A DNA stretch of 61,990 nt, filler included, from Choristocarpus tenellus KU-1152 (GCA_964200185.2; 11 parts of 11 records of this genome joined end to end with filler, not necessarily neighbours in it), one strand, 5' to 3'. Counted from the first letter of the whole stretch, positions 38,251 through 52,203 are shown. Notes: generated by a model not told the origin, from the letters alone. A program made the numbers and translations.

Positions 38251-40685
38251 GAACCTGTCGGCTCGTTTCCATCTGTTTCGCATACATAGGAAACAGTTAT
38301 AAGATAAATTCATACGTGAAGGATTTTGTCTGTCATTCTCCACCTCGCGATTTCAAGAGGGTACTATGCACATGAAAAAATCTCAAGGTAATACTTAGGA
38401 ATGAGGTTAGTGGACAAGGTGGGACTTGGCAGATTATGGGTGGAACTCTTCCCTTGTTTCAAGACTCCATGGTATCAATCTAGATAGAAGTAGTTTGACA
38501 TGTGTGTCATTTTTTTGGTTGTTTTGTGATAAAGAGCCCAACCAATGGAAAGATAGGCAGGGATGCATTTTAAGGATCCTGACAAAGTGCAAAAATACGT
38601 TATTTGTAGAATTGGAGAAAGAGTATTTGCTTTTAATTATGGTGTCTCTCGGTGTATGGAAAGGAAGTATATCAGTTTATCTTACACTATTGTGGAAATG
38701 AAGTAAAGAGGAAAGAGTCTATCGTACACAGTGAGAAAGATTGTTAGAATGCAACAGGGTTCAAACCTGCCTACCTCACAATTGGTTTGACCCAAAATGC
38801 ATTCACCAGTAAAAAGATTCCTAATAAAACTCTCATTGTTGTTTGGATAAGGTAAGTTGCTTGTTTTCAAATATATGCTCTAGGCGACGTCTTGATGAAT
38901 GTCTCATAAACGTCATTATGACCTTGAAGTCCTAGATTTTATATGTTTGTACTTATTGACTATTTATTTGTTGTTTAGTCATTATCGCGTACCATTCAAG
39001 TGGGTCATCATTGTCGGGTCGTTTTTATAGGATGGATGATACTTATGAAGTGGATAGTTGAAGTGAGAGTTCCAGCATACTTGACGACATTTACATTTTG
39101 GAGCCTTGTACGACCTTCATGATCCACAGACAACCTTGTGAATTGGAGCTGCATATCCCGTCATGGTAAACTTGCGAAAATGTTGTAACATACACTGTAA
39201 GCGTGGTATGTTGTAAATTGATGCTTACTGGAATATGTTCACAATCCACCCCACTACAAAATCCCACCTATCTATGGCCACTATCTCCAGGTGAGGGAAG
39301 TGCTGAGGACCTCTACACGTGCCTCTCACCCACCCTCCCAATAACTCCTCCAACACACGGAGCCAGTAAAAACATGCAGGAGGGGGTAAGGGGGCAAGGG
39401 ATGTTGTCCCAGGAGGATGAGAGGGGGGGGGCAGTAGGGCAGTGAGATTTAAACCAATAGGGGAGGTGGGAATGTGTCAGGATCGTGGNNNNNNNNNNNN
39501 NNNNNNNNNNNNNNNNNNNNNNNNNNNNNNNNTTAATTAATTAANNNNNNNNNNNNNNNNNNNNNNNNNNNNNNNNNNNNNNNNNNNNGGATGAGGCAGG
39601 CGGGAGAGCCAAGGGGGTGTTTTTGGGTTTGGTGGGGGGGGGATGGGTGGGGGGATGGGGGGGGGGGGGGAAGGGATCGATATTTGGAGTTGTTGTTACA
39701 ATTCCTTTACGAAATTTTTGGCAAGAAGTTCACACCGGGAGTGAGGGCGATAGGAGACATGGTCCAAAAAGGGGGGGATGCTGGTAGTCAATAGAACAAC
39801 GCACCTACTCTTTAATAACTCCCTCCACCTCAATTTACAATCACTTTTTGTTTTTCTGTAGCCGGTTGCTGTTTAGGTTAGGGTGGACGTGGGAACAGAG
39901 GAGAAATAGGGTTAGGGTTAGATCAAGTGATATCTGCCCCGGTGAGGGATGGAAAGTGCTCTTTGTGCACTAGGTGTGCACTTTCCACACATAAAAAAAA
40001 ATCATGCATCTGCTGTTGGAGTAGTACCCCAACCAGCTTCAATGTTGAACTCAACCCTAACAACAGCCTCCGTTTGAGAAAATATTAGGGAAGGACGTCT
40101 AGTGACCTTTGGTGGCACCCTAACGACCCTATTATGTCCTAACTCTCCTTGGCATCTTTTCCCTCTGCCTTTCGATTCTTGCCTGTCTGTACAGAGTGAC
40201 AGTGCTTACCTAGTAGCCCTTGATGTTATCGAACTGACTTACACATGCTCTAAATCTCTATCCCACACTGCATGCTTGTTATTCAACTATACCCCTACTA
40301 ACCTACCCTAACCCCAACCCAACCCCAACCCAACACCTAATTCTAAACCCTAGTCCCGACTTTGACTCTAACCCCTGCACTGTAAAGATTTGGTTATGGT
40401 GACGAAATGCTATCAACACACTGGAGTAGAAATGAAAAGTCTGTGTGAATGAGGCATACGTTGATGTATGCGCTTCACGCCCCCTGGGTAGCGACGACAT
40501 CAGCTTTTTGAGTAGATGGAACAGTGCCGAGGGATGTCTTAAGTGTGACATTGGACAAAACGCTACTGCTCCAAAGCGTGTTTTTGAAGTCTGGCAGCAA
40601 TTCTCGAATAGAGAGACATCCCCCCAAAGAGAGCAAGGAGGTAGCTCCCCGATCAAGACTTGCATTGTGATACCACCCTCCACCA

Positions 40686-40863
40686 GGCTCAAAGTATCTG
40701 AGGGGGGTTGGTGGCTGTCCATTTGGGGTCAATTTTTTCGTTTCACGATTTTTGGTTGATTTGGTAAGCTTACGTCAGATGGACAATGTAAACACACTTT
40801 TCCTGATTTTGTCCCAAATGGACACCCTGGTGTGAACCCCCCCCCCCTCAGATGCTTTGGGTC
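40686..40863 (+). mobile_element. MITE family B, full copy
   Basis: GGCTCAAAGTATCTGAGGGGGG...CCCCCTCAGATGCTTTGGGTC, aligning with 29359-29535. No clean TSD. Confidence 0.85.
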
Positions 40864-41013
40864 TCAACCCTAGGTCTCACTCCAGTTCCGTATTCATGAA
40901 ACAGACCAAGGTCACTGAGGTCTCCAGTACTCCTTCCAGACATTTCATCTTCTTAGGCATAACATAGTGCTCTACTGTACGGTATGAATATATCAACATA
41001 TGCCTCCAAAATG

Positions 41014-41223
41014 GAGTGAATGTATCTTAGAGGGTACGAGTTTTGCCCTGTTTGTCCATTTGGGGCTTGGCTTCCCTCGGGGTTTTTATGACATTTTCCT
41101 ACTATNNNNNNNNNNATATTGACACTTCTTAACAAACACGATAGCCAAAATTACACCAAAATTGCAACATTGGATTTTGGCCCCCAAATGGACACAGCTC
41201 TACCCTCTAAGATACATTGGCCC
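41014..41223 (-). mobile_element. MITE family A, inverted, containing a 10-N gap
   Basis: GAGTGAATGTATCTTAGAGGGTAC...CTACCCTCTAAGATACATTGGCCC, with ATG on both flanks. Confidence 0.87.
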
Positions 41224-41242
41224 ATGACGGGCGGGTTCTCAG

Positions 41243-41497
41243 GTGGGAGGAGGCGGTGGAAGCATATGAGAGAGCGCGGGATATGGACTCTGTGGTGAGG
41301 TTGTGCCTGGATCAGCTGGACCAGCCGCACCGTGCCTTTGACATCGTTCGACTCACTGCCTCGAGGTTAGATGCTTTCTTGGAATGATCCTGGCCTCCTG
41401 CCCTTTCTTGCCCCAGAGCCAAAGTAAACAAGAGCTACATAGGTTTTTAGCCATTTTTGCATTTGGAGTCTGTTTTTTTCAGTCTTTTGCGAATCAC

Positions 41498-41531
<34 letters not shown>

Positions 41532-44500
41532 CTATGTTGGAGTACATAGAAATACTTTTTTTCTTGAGAGTTGTTCATTCCTCTTTTCTTGAGAGTTGTT
41601 TGAGACTTTTCCTACACAAAATTCAGAGAAAAAAAAATCCTCTACACACTAGTAAAAAAAAAAACGGATTTTGCTCGTATCTGTCAACATCCATATAATG
41701 CAACTCTGGATACACCTCTGTCTTACTTTGACTCTCCCAATTCTGTAGTGTGTAGGCCTGTACATAATTTGCGGCAGTATATGAACATATTAGTATTATA
41801 TATGTGTTGTGTTAGAAGGCACTGCCCTATGTGTCACTGCTTGCCAAGTTTACTACACCACTGATCCACCTTGGGGAATAAACGTGCCAGAGTGAAAGTA
41901 CGTTAGGGTTAGGGTACGAGTTTTGCTGTGTTTGTCCGCTTGGGGCTTGGGTTCCCACAGGTTTTTATGACATTTTACCTACTCCGAAATATTTTGGAGT
42001 AGGTAAAATGTATTTGTTATGAAAAGATGTGTTTGGAACAAGGGTATTGACACTTCCTAAGAAACATTATGACCAAAATATTATCATAATTGATACATGG
42101 GATTTTGGGCCCCAAATTGACGCAGCTCTACCCTCTAAGGTACTTTGACTTGCCATTCAATTTGCACTCTGGACCTTTGCGGTATGAGCTCTAGGGTCAA
42201 TGGTCCATTCCAAGTTGCATTCTTCAAGAAGTACCCTCTCTGCATGTAAAAAATATCTTCAAAATGACGTGATTCTATTCTTATCGACCAGTATATAGTT
42301 CTAAGGCTTGAATCACTTCTGCTCAATGTGATATCATCTCATGTGAATATACCATCACTTCGCACCAAGATGAAGCCCTTTCTGGAAGACTCGGGACCAC
42401 TATATCCCAACACACTCCCTTTCCTCAGGATCAAATGTTTAGACTGGATTTGGAACCCTCTTGTGTTCGAGGATGTCAACACAGTCCTTGTTTCAGCTCA
42501 AAATGATTGAAACTTGGGAGATATTCCCCTGTAAATGTATATTTGGCGGCAAAAAAAGTATGTTGCTGCATGGACCATATGAGACCTGAAAAACAAGAAT
42601 TGAGAGTTGTCTCATTCATTTTTCACTTTTCCTCAACTTGAGTGTCACTAGGGTAGGGTTACAGGTGTTGACTAAGGTACTCAATAAAAGTATTCAAGGC
42701 GAACGTTTAGCACCCACCAAAATATGCACTATGTGGGGAAGAAAGTTCACATGAAAAAAGTATCATTCACCTTGAACAGAGAGTGTTTGCATCGTGAATT
42801 GCCAAAGGAGGAAAGTGTTGCATGGTGAAGGTTAGGAAAGTATGACTCCAGCCCTATGTTTGTCTTCTAGTATTGGAAAGCTGGAATAGTTGTTGATACA
42901 CAACTACATATTAAGAATAAATCCAGCCTGTGAAGTTGAAGGAAGAAATGCACATGCTTTCTGGCTGAGGTCGGATGACAGATTAGCAGTCTCAATCCCT
43001 TCATGTGATGGCCTCTCTTTGATCGGGTGGGGGGATGGGGTGATCGGATTTTGCGGACAGCACTGGGGCAGAAATGGTCTCCAAGTACTGCCAAGAGATG
43101 GACAACTGGAGGGGTGCAATTGAGTTCCTTCTAATGGCGAAGAGGACGGGGGAGGCCTTCAATTTGGCAAAGTCTCATGGCCAAATGAGTGTTTTCACTG
43201 AGGTGAGAAAATCGACTGAGGGGTAATCTGCAAACCACATGAGGTGAATGGGGAGTTGGAATGTGAGAGCTCATTTGTTCATAGCCTTGTAGAAATTGAT
43301 GTTGATGGAGCCCTTTTCGATGCATCTATGGTCTGCTTGGCTAGATATACTAACACACAACTCCTGGGGTTGCAACTGGAATGAAGTTGCAAGTGCTAAC
43401 CCCCATGGCAGTGAGCAAACTACAGCTTGTTGGTCGTCAACTAGTCTTGACTAAGCTATGGGTATATCACTGATTCCGTTGTCTCCATGCACCTTATGCC
43501 TACTGTAGAAAAAGTTCGAGATTTTCCCCTTTTTGAAACAAGCAGAGGTCTGTGTTCGTAGAGGGAGGCACGGATATAAGTGAATGCTCGATTGATTCAT
43601 GAGAGTGACCGCTTCATTCAGCAACAATCCTTTCATATCTCTCTGCTCCATTTTGGCCACTACTTGACTTTGAATTTCTTCCAAATAATACTGCATACAC
43701 ACACACGCTTTTACAAGTTTGCAAAGCTCTAACTACTAGGTAAGGAAGTCACATGCTCTTGTATCCATATGCAAGCAGCAGTATCTGCCCTAGAAAATCT
43801 GTGTCAAAGTTGCACCCAACAGCTCTTTCCTATCTCAAGGGAGGGGGGCATGGCATAGAAGAAGTACCTCCTGCTTTGCTCCATCTCTACCAAACTTTGA
43901 TATGTGGACGGCTTCATTAAGAAGTCCCTTCACACTGCATCTTCAGTTAGCTTTCAAGCCTTCTCTGTGTATGACAGCACCAGGTAGTGATCCTGACCTA
44001 CAGTGCTCCCTGTGCCCCGCATGCCCCTGCTGGTATGCATCTTGTCCAGGTATTGGGGGATGAAGTGTCTCCAGATGACGCTCTCAGTGTTGCACGTTTC
44101 TACGAGGGTCAGAATGAACTGGGGAAAGCCGGTCGGTACTACAGGTATGTTTGCTCCTATTGAGTGCCTTCCTCTTTGGACTTTTATGCTTTCCACTGCA
44201 CCACTGTGCGTGTTGCAATAGAGAAGTGATCACGGATCACATATGTGCAGATTTGCTTGACAGACTGCTATTTCGTGAGTACTGAAGGCCTGATCAGGAT
44301 AGAACTCAGGAGAGGATGGAGATGGGAGCCTCGCGCAGTCCCCTTGACTATAGGCGGGAAGTGACATGGATGTAGAAGGGAAGGGTGACATAGGGAGCAA
44401 TGCACTCTTGCTCAGGTATCTTTATTATCATTCATCTGCTTCAAAGTAACTAATTATCTGTTGCCATGTATACAGGATACAATGCGAGGATTCCCGTTTC

Positions 44501-45704
44501 TTTGCAACAAAATATACCAGACATTTTTATGCTCCAGTAGTAATCTGGTCTTACAGAGAGCACTTGAGGACTAACAAAAGAGTATAGTGTCACTACAATA
44601 CCCAACAATCATCGATGATTCCGAATGCAATATCTCACTAGTGACATTACACCTTTTGATCTAAAGCCAAACACTGAATTGGACCAGGGCGGGAAAACCT
44701 GGTGCAATCCAGTTCTCTGTGTGACTGATATATTGTAGACACACACAACATACACACACACAGTAAAAGGAAACAGTGTCGTAGATCGCATGATATGAAG
44801 CTCATTACAAAGAGTTGCTGGTGGGGTGTATGAACAAGCACTGAGATGTAACTTCCTTATCATGAGACTTGACCTTCACAATCTTTGTCTCTCATTTCGT
44901 GCAATGATGTCATGTGGCGATAGCCCTATCTGACTCACCTTCAGCTTGTAGTTTCTGTTAGTGGAAACAGATGAAACTGCACATGAACCCGCCACTCGGT
45001 GTTTTTGCTTGTATCAGCACTTACACTGTAAGCAGAACACAGTTTACTGCGACAAACTACCCTAATAATGACAGCGTAGTGCTCCAAATCTCCAAAAAAT
45101 CGTACATGCAGACCCCTCCAATTATGGTGCAGTTAGCACATACCCCCATACCCATCTGGCAATAAGCTCTGATGGAAATCAGACATGTCCATACTTGACA
45201 GGCTAACCCTTTATTGCAGGAAGGTAGGGGAAAAAAGAGTTGACGTTTGATCAACTCTTCTCCCTGTCCTTGCTGGTGGCTTAACCTCAAAGAAATATCA
45301 ACCCAAACATCCGACTCTCTCGGGTGCAAAATTAACAAGACCTGGTATTCACAACATTAGAGCACACTTACACCTTTGTATATTCCAACCTGTGTCACAA
45401 AGTTTCGCCTCCCGTACCTGTCTTCATACACAATTACCTACCTACCTGGCTACATGGACTGTTTTCTTACTGGATGACCACCTGCCACCAAACCAGCCTG
45501 TGTGGCCAGCACCATCGTTCGTTGAAGCTCTTTCTCCAGTGCGGAAAGCAGGAGGTTGACTCTGCGATTGCAGTGGTAGGGAAGGCGAGGAATGACATGC
45601 TGACTCACACACTCATTGACTTTCTCATGGGGGAGACAGACGGTGTGCCAAAGGACCCCAATTACATCTACCGCCTCTACATGGCACTTGGGAACTACTC
45701 TCAG
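41243..45704 (+). CDS. WDR19: Intraflagellar transport protein 144 (WDR19), partial (exons 41243-41365, 43061-43202, 44050-44144, 45497-45704)
   Basis: In-phase exons: WEEAVEAYERARDMDSVVRLCLDQLDQPHRAFDIVR, GAEMVSKYC...AIEFLLMAKR..EAFNLA, ALSVARFYE....GKAGRYY and LTHTLIDFLMGETDGVPKDPNYIYRLYMAL, matching the IFT144 motif [26 protein letters not shown]. Confidence 0.93.
41416..41734. mobile_element. MITE family C (same termini, unrelated interior), intronic
   Basis: GAGCCAAAGTAAACAAGAG ... CTCTGTCTTACTTTGACTC. CCCA lies on the left and one base off on the right. Only one copy seen. Confidence 0.55.
41890..42151 (-). mobile_element. MITE family A, inverted, intronic
   Basis: Full-length homology with a perfect 4-bp TSD GCCA. 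Confidence 0.9.
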
Positions 45705-46048
45705 GTCTGCAGTGTATGTTTAAACTCCATGTTCTTCAATTAAGGTCATGCCACAACTCTCGTCCATATTTATTCAATCTCAGGACAGGAATCTATCCTC
45801 TAGGTAGGGAAGCGAGGTCAGTCTACTGATCTATGGGATAAGCACATCTGCAGTAGTGCACAGATTATTTAACACCGTTTTTGGTCACTCTCTGCTTTGT
45901 GCCCAGAGCCTTGAGGTTTTTTACTTGCAGGCAACTAAGGTGTCAAACAAAATTGTGGATTTCGCAGTGTGTGTTGCCATCATATAGGCATCAACCCTGG
46001 AAGTCCTCTCTCCCTTCCTTTCTCGCCTTTCCATCGCCATAGCTATTT

Positions 46049-46097
46049 GGGTCAAAGTATCTGGGGGGGGGGGGGGGGGCGGCGCCCGTTTTTCACC
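46049..46097 (+). mobile_element. MITE family B terminus at contig end
   Basis: GGGTCAAAGTATCTGGGGGGGG. Confidence 0.7.
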
Positions 46098-46745
46098 NNN
46101 NNNNNNNNNNNNNNNNNNNNNNNNNNNNNNNNNNNNNNNNNTTAATTAATTAANNNNNNNNNNNNNNNNNNNNNNNNNNNNNNNNNNNNNNNNNNNNTGT
46201 ACTACTGTTGTCAGAAGCTCAAGAAAAGTATGTGTGTGTGCGTGGGGGGGGGGGGAGGGGGGGGGGTTAGGGGATGGGTCTCATCGTTTGAGTCCGTTAA
46301 GAGTGTTTGCGTGATTACACTGAAGTTTATTGGTTTAAAGAAAATAAATGAATTAGCACAAAAAACCCCACACATATACACATGAGATATGCCTCTGTTT
46401 TTTAATTTATAAAAAGTTTACCTTGGGCAATCTTCTACTTGATAGCACACCTGAGCGTGATGATGCGCAGATTTTTCAGTTGGTGACTGACAAGCACAGG
46501 TGATGCTCCCTGATCGCCAGCCGCAGACAAAACAACTCCCAATTATTTTTGTCTTTTTGATGTAATTCTACTCTAGGCGACTTTTGAAATTGGCAAGACC
46601 CGAGAAATCAACTTAGTGTGAAGTGTTTTTGTTTTGTTTTTTTCTTGTATCTGATGAAGCCAGGCCTAGCAGTAGGACTGGGGGTGTTCTTGAAAACGTA
46701 AGAAACGATATTTTTTATTTTTTATTTTTATTTTTATTTTTCCAG

Positions 46746-49317
46746 GGATATATCGTACGGCGGACCATGATTTGAAAGGAACGGATGGATGTCAACGAGA
46801 GGTTTTTGTAATAGGTTTGGAAACGTGTTTCATTTGAAAAAAAAAACGGAATCCCTTCCTTACGGGCAATGACCCTGAGGCGTTTTTGTCCGCTCTGATT
46901 CGATACTAATTTTTTTTTTTAGTTTTAAATAAAAATAGAAGGTAAAAAAAAAAGCAGAGTCAACTCCTGGGAAGGAATGAGAGATTTTTTTGAGTTATAA
47001 ATAAAAGTAGAAGGTGAACAAAAAAGCAGAGTCAACGCGTGTGAAGGAGTGAATTTTTTTTTTTCAATGAGAATATATACTTTATTTGTATTTATATTTA
47101 TATATATGTTTATGGTTTGTTTGAAAGTGTCTCTTGATCGGTTGCGGCTGTCCTCCCTCGTTAAAAAAAATTGAAAGAACTATGTCGTCAGTGAGGGCTC
47201 ACTAAATCATGCATGATAGCAACACAAAACCGTTGAATGTAGGTTGGAGGTGTAAATGTGCATAGGTAGGTATGTATAAGATTTCTTTGTGTATGTTTTA
47301 TACTTCATTTTTACTGTCTGGTTGCTGTTGCTAGTACTACGGCTGATTACAATAGTTAAATATGGATGTTTGAACCAATTTTTACTTTTTAAAAACTTTT
47401 TTTGGAGAGTAGTGCTGTCTGTATCTATGTATCTGTATGTGTTTTTTTTAAAGATTATTAGAATGTTTCAACCAATTTCTACCTTTTTTTTGGAGAGTAG
47501 TACTATATCTACGTATCTGCATGTTAAGTTTTTCTTATTATTGCATGAGTGTTTAAAACCAATTTTCACCTGTTGGCTTACTTGGAGAATGGTACCATAT
47601 CTTTGTATGTATATGTGAAGTTAATGGTTAAAATACGCAGGACTGTTTAGCACCACAGAATGTACCAGGGGGTAAGGATGAACTGAATGCTCTGCTGTAC
47701 CTTTGAGGTGGGGAATGTGAGAGTTAAGTGGATACATTCTACTCTCCTTCATCATGCTCTCCAATCTGAGACATTTTTTTCTTCTCATAATTTAACTATT
47801 ATGCACGTTTTTTGTTTAAAGCAAAAGTACTTTTAAGTATTTTTCTTGTTTTATCTGAAACACTGTTCTTGTCTTTCTGTTGTCTTTCCTCCCCAACTGT
47901 TTCTCACTCTCGAGTCCAAGAAAGCGTATCTTAATAGATATCGATACCGATATCTTCACATCTTATCTTTGACTCTTTTTTTTTGCTTTGATGCTGTTCC
48001 CGGTTTGTACCCCCCACCCCACCACCCCCCCTCCAAAACCCACATTTTTTTGCTGTTGTTGTATCAAGCGCCAACAAAATAATAATAAAAGCACCAAAGT
48101 AGAACTACGTAACGGTTGTTTGGGAAAACCCATCCTCCATCAATTTTATACTTACATATATAATTATATATATATATATAAATATATAAATATAAATATA
48201 ATTTTTGTTGCTAACACGACAGTCGCTTCAGTGTGATAGTAATTACCTCCTCCAGTACCACCGTTTAATAATAATAAAATAATTAAAAATTAAAAATTAA
48301 TCTTCTGTTTCGTTACGAACTTCCTGAAAAAAATAAAATAAATCTGTTTGTTGGTGTGTGTGTTTTTGTGTGTTTGTGGGATCCGTTTTGATTGCACCCC
48401 TCCTGTTGGCAGTGAATGCACAGCGACATCCTACTGACTCAGATAATCTTCTGAGGTGTTTGACTCACATAATCTTCTGAGGTGTTTGACGTACAGGAGG
48501 AAATTTTCGGATTGGTTGTCGGGATTCGTGTTACGTATGTATTATGTATGTATGTGTATGTATGTATCTGTATGTATGTATGTATACATGTGTTACGTAT
48601 TTATGTATGTATTATGTATGTGTTATGTATGTATGTATGTATGTATGTATGTGTTATGCATTTATGTATGTATATATGTGTGTGGGTGTATGTATTACGT
48701 ATGTATGTATGTATGTGTATGTATTATGTATGTATGTATGTATGTGTTATGTATTTATGTATTATGTATGTATTATGTATTATGTATGTATGCCTGTGTG
48801 CTAGAGGTATTTTCATTTGGAACTCTGTCCCTCAAGTTCAAAAGTTTTAATATATATTTTTATTAGAGATGGTTTAAGAGTCTGATCTGCGTATCGATAT
48901 ATATATATATTTTAAATTGTGGAATGGAGATACGAATCGCTGTGTTCTCGATGTTCGTGCTTGCTTTGCTAGGATAAATTTCTCTGTGGTTAAATGAGAA
49001 ATTTCCTGGGGGGTGTTTTGTATATCGCGGGCGGTACAAGCTGCTATATATTTTTTTCTTCACACGGAGGACACAAGAGTACACTAGAAACTAAAAATCA
49101 TATGTTTACATTTATACTTCCATTTATATTTATATTTATAGAGACAGTTCTCATATACTTAGAGTGTTTCTGTTTGATGTGTAAGGACATCGGCGAGGAA
49201 GGAATGGAGGAAGGACGGAAGGGATTGAGGGAGGAAGGCAACAGTGAGAAGAGCAGTGGCAATGTTTGTGGTGGTAGTAGCTGCAAGTGTAGCAGGGGTT
49301 CTTTGCTCGATCTCTAA
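46746..49317 (+). CDS. Putative small-exon gene, 3' part, unknown Cys-containing protein (exons 46746-46801, 47641-47671, 48497-48534, possibly 49186-49317)
   Basis: Short GC-richer islands with AG/GT borders and compatible phases: IYRTADHDLKGTDGCQRE/DCLAPQNVPG/GGNFRIGCRDSCY/DIGEEG... Confidence 0.5.
48535..48795. repeat. Degenerate (TATG)n microsatellite
   Basis: Directly visible. Confidence 0.95.
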
Positions 49318-50051
49318 GAGAGTGTCTACTGTCTCGCCCTTGCTCTTTTTAACTTCTTGATTGTTGCTCATTTAACCATTTTATCCATCTCAACCATTTT
49401 AACCATTTCCAAATTTGTTCTGTTTTTTTTTGCGCTTGTCACTTCTCCCCCCGTCCGCTTACAATCATTTCGATGTTGCAATTGTTTTTCACCTGTGTTC
49501 CCTCCNNNNNNNNNNNNNNNNNNNNNNNNNNNNNNNNNNNNNNNNNNNNTTAATTAATTAANNNNNNNNNNNNNNNNNNNNNNNNNNNNNNNNNNNNNNN
49601 NNNNNGTGAAGATTGCTACACGGGGATAAGGTATGGGGCGCTTGTAGTGAGGTGATGACAGTTTACTCTTTGTGAAATAGTTTATATTTGGAGATGCATC
49701 TATTGGCATTTTTTGTGGATGATGGTATGTAGGTTATAAGTATTATTATGTGATTGAATAGGAATGTTTTGAATCGTCGAAGAGGGGGAATGAATCTCCC
49801 TCCTTCTTCAGTCACTTTTTTTTTTTTAATGATCAACCTTTCGAATGTGACATTGGAGTTCTAGCATTATTTATTTAATCTCGATATTTATATATATATA
49901 TCATGGCGTTTCTTTGTTGGTTGCAAGAAGTAGTATGGATATTTTTCCTAATTGCTTTTGATTGACCTCACAATTGCTTTTTTTTTTGTAATGTTTCTAC
50001 CCAACCTTAACTCTTTCTGATTATTGCTTTTGATCGCTTTGTCCCTGACAG

Positions 50052-51700
50052 GAAACAGGTCCTCGTAAACGGGTTGGTGTATGTGGTGGAGGGGCTGCTG
50101 TGTACACTTCTGGATATTCTTTTGCCTGATGTGTCTTCCCCAGCACAATGGAAAATATTTGAGGTGTGTGTGTGTGTGCTTACTTGTGTGTAAGCAAGAA
50201 TTTGTTGAATAGGTACAGCACCCTTGTGTGTGTATGTGTTTATTCGGACCAGGGTAGTATCGTATCGTATCGTATGGTCATAGTATAGTTAGTACATTTA
50301 TGGTATCGTATCGTATCGTATCGTATGGTCATAGTATAGTTAGTACATTTATGAGTATCCATATGTAAGTGTGTGTAGTTTGCTAGAGCAATGGTAGGTA
50401 GCTAATACAATAGAGTGGGTTGCAATATATATATATATATATGTGTATGTGTGTATTTGTGTTTTCTTGGGAGTACGTTTCTGTAAGTATTTAACTTCTG
50501 TGCATGCATTGTCATGCGTGATTTCAATATTTAGGATCTGTGATAGTTAATGTGTGTGTGTGTGTGTGTAGATGTGCACTTCAAAGTGTGCGGACCTTGT
50601 AATTGCTGCGGCATTATATTGGTTTGTGGCACACTGGTCCAAATATTTGTGTTGTTGTGGGTGGATGTTTCTTTTTAATATTGCTTGTGTACGTTCTAGG
50701 TCAATGAGGAAGGGGGGGGTAGAGGTACACTCAAGAACAGGACAGTGGTTTGTAAACAGGTGCTGAAGTGATGGGATTGAATGGAATTGGGTCTTGACAT
50801 CATTAGATTTTTTGTTTAGTGTATGGGGTCTCCAGAACCTTGGAGTGGGTTAGGTGTCGGAATCATCAGCAAGAGGTTCACAGACAGGTTTCGTTTCAGG
50901 ACCATGCAAAGTTGTTCCTCAGGGGATGCTATTTTTCTTGCAGCGGTGCATGCAATCTAGATAGAGTGTGTGCTTGCGTGTTGTCTGTGTTGCAAATTTT
51001 TGATGTGGGATTGGTCGTATCTGTAGCGCATGATCTGATGTATGTGGTGTGTGTGAGCTCTGTCGTTTTCTTTCTTCTACTGTTTTGTCAATACATTGAT
51101 AGACACAGTGCACAAAATTTATCTTATGACCTTGATGGTTGGTATGGGGGAGGAGAAGTGCCTCTGCTTGTCTGTGGTGGAAGAATATTGAATTTACCGT
51201 AGGAGGGGAGTCGTTTCCCAGGCGTGTACACCAAACTACAATAATATGTGTTTACCTGAGAATGAATACAATATGCAGTACCTATTAGTGGTGCTTGGTA
51301 CTGTCGTCACTTAAGGTTGAACAAACCTTGTCTCCTGTGGTGGTCGGCAGAAATCTCCTCGTAATTTCTTTGGTGATAGAGAGGTTGATATTGATTGGGT
51401 CACTAATTTTTTTCTAGGTGATGATGCATGATACTATGTTACACATTTTTTGTTTAACTATAATTGTAAAGTGTTAATCTAGGAGAATCACTGATCTGTT
51501 CCACCTCCTGGCCTCTCTATCTCCTTTCCCATTCCCCCTCCTACTCGAAACACAGGAGCAGTTGATGTTAACACTGACAGAGATCCTTGAGGACACCTCC
51601 AGCGGAGCGTTCCTTCTTAGGTCTGCACGGGCCTTAGTCGATCGGATATCAAGCTTTAGAGAGTATCGTCAAGATTACGCTCCACCACCAGTTGCATAGC
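50052..51700 (+). CDS. Putative 3' exons of an unknown gene (50052-50163; terminal ~51556-51700)
   Basis: AG/GT-bounded KQVLVNGLVYVVEGLLCTLLDILLPDVSSPAQWKIFE, and EQLMLTLTEILEDTSSGAFLLRSARALVDRISSFREYRQDYAPPPVA* after a pyrimidine tract. Confidence 0.4.
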
Positions 51701-52203
51701 AAATCAATCTACATAAAGCTAGCTTTGAGGAATTAGTTTTTGGCGTGGTAATAGCTAATATATAGAAGAAGACCTGAAATTGGAGACCTGAGGGGGGAGG
51801 GGGGGGCTTGGAGTCAACAAGAAATAGTTAGAATCTGAGAAGTGACTGATTGCTCATTTGGTTTGGGGGTTATAGGTCGAAGGGGGAGGGGTAAGGGAAG
51901 TGAATGATCTCATACCTCAGCGGAGGTGTTTGGAGGTTTGTTTGACTAGGGATGGTTTGAGTAGGATTGAAGTGCTGGATGGTAGGATCTTCACTGCTGT
52001 AGAACAGGGAAAAATAACAATATTAACAATGTTATTACAGCAGGTTACAACAGCATGCATTACACAAATGATCGATTTTTTGTGGCAGTAATGGTGGATT
52101 GACTGTGTTTCTGAGTGAGCTGTGGTAATTAGATGGAGTCTGTGATGACAACAGTAGCTTCTACCTTCTGAAGAAATATTTCGTTGAGCGTGCAATAATA
52201 ATA

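Noticed and set aside
40303-40759. Coding region before the family B MITE
   Set aside because: Open on both strands with no recognisable motif or clear splice sites.
48456-48866. C/M/Y/V-rich ORFs in three frames
   Set aside because: Translation of a (TATG)n microsatellite.
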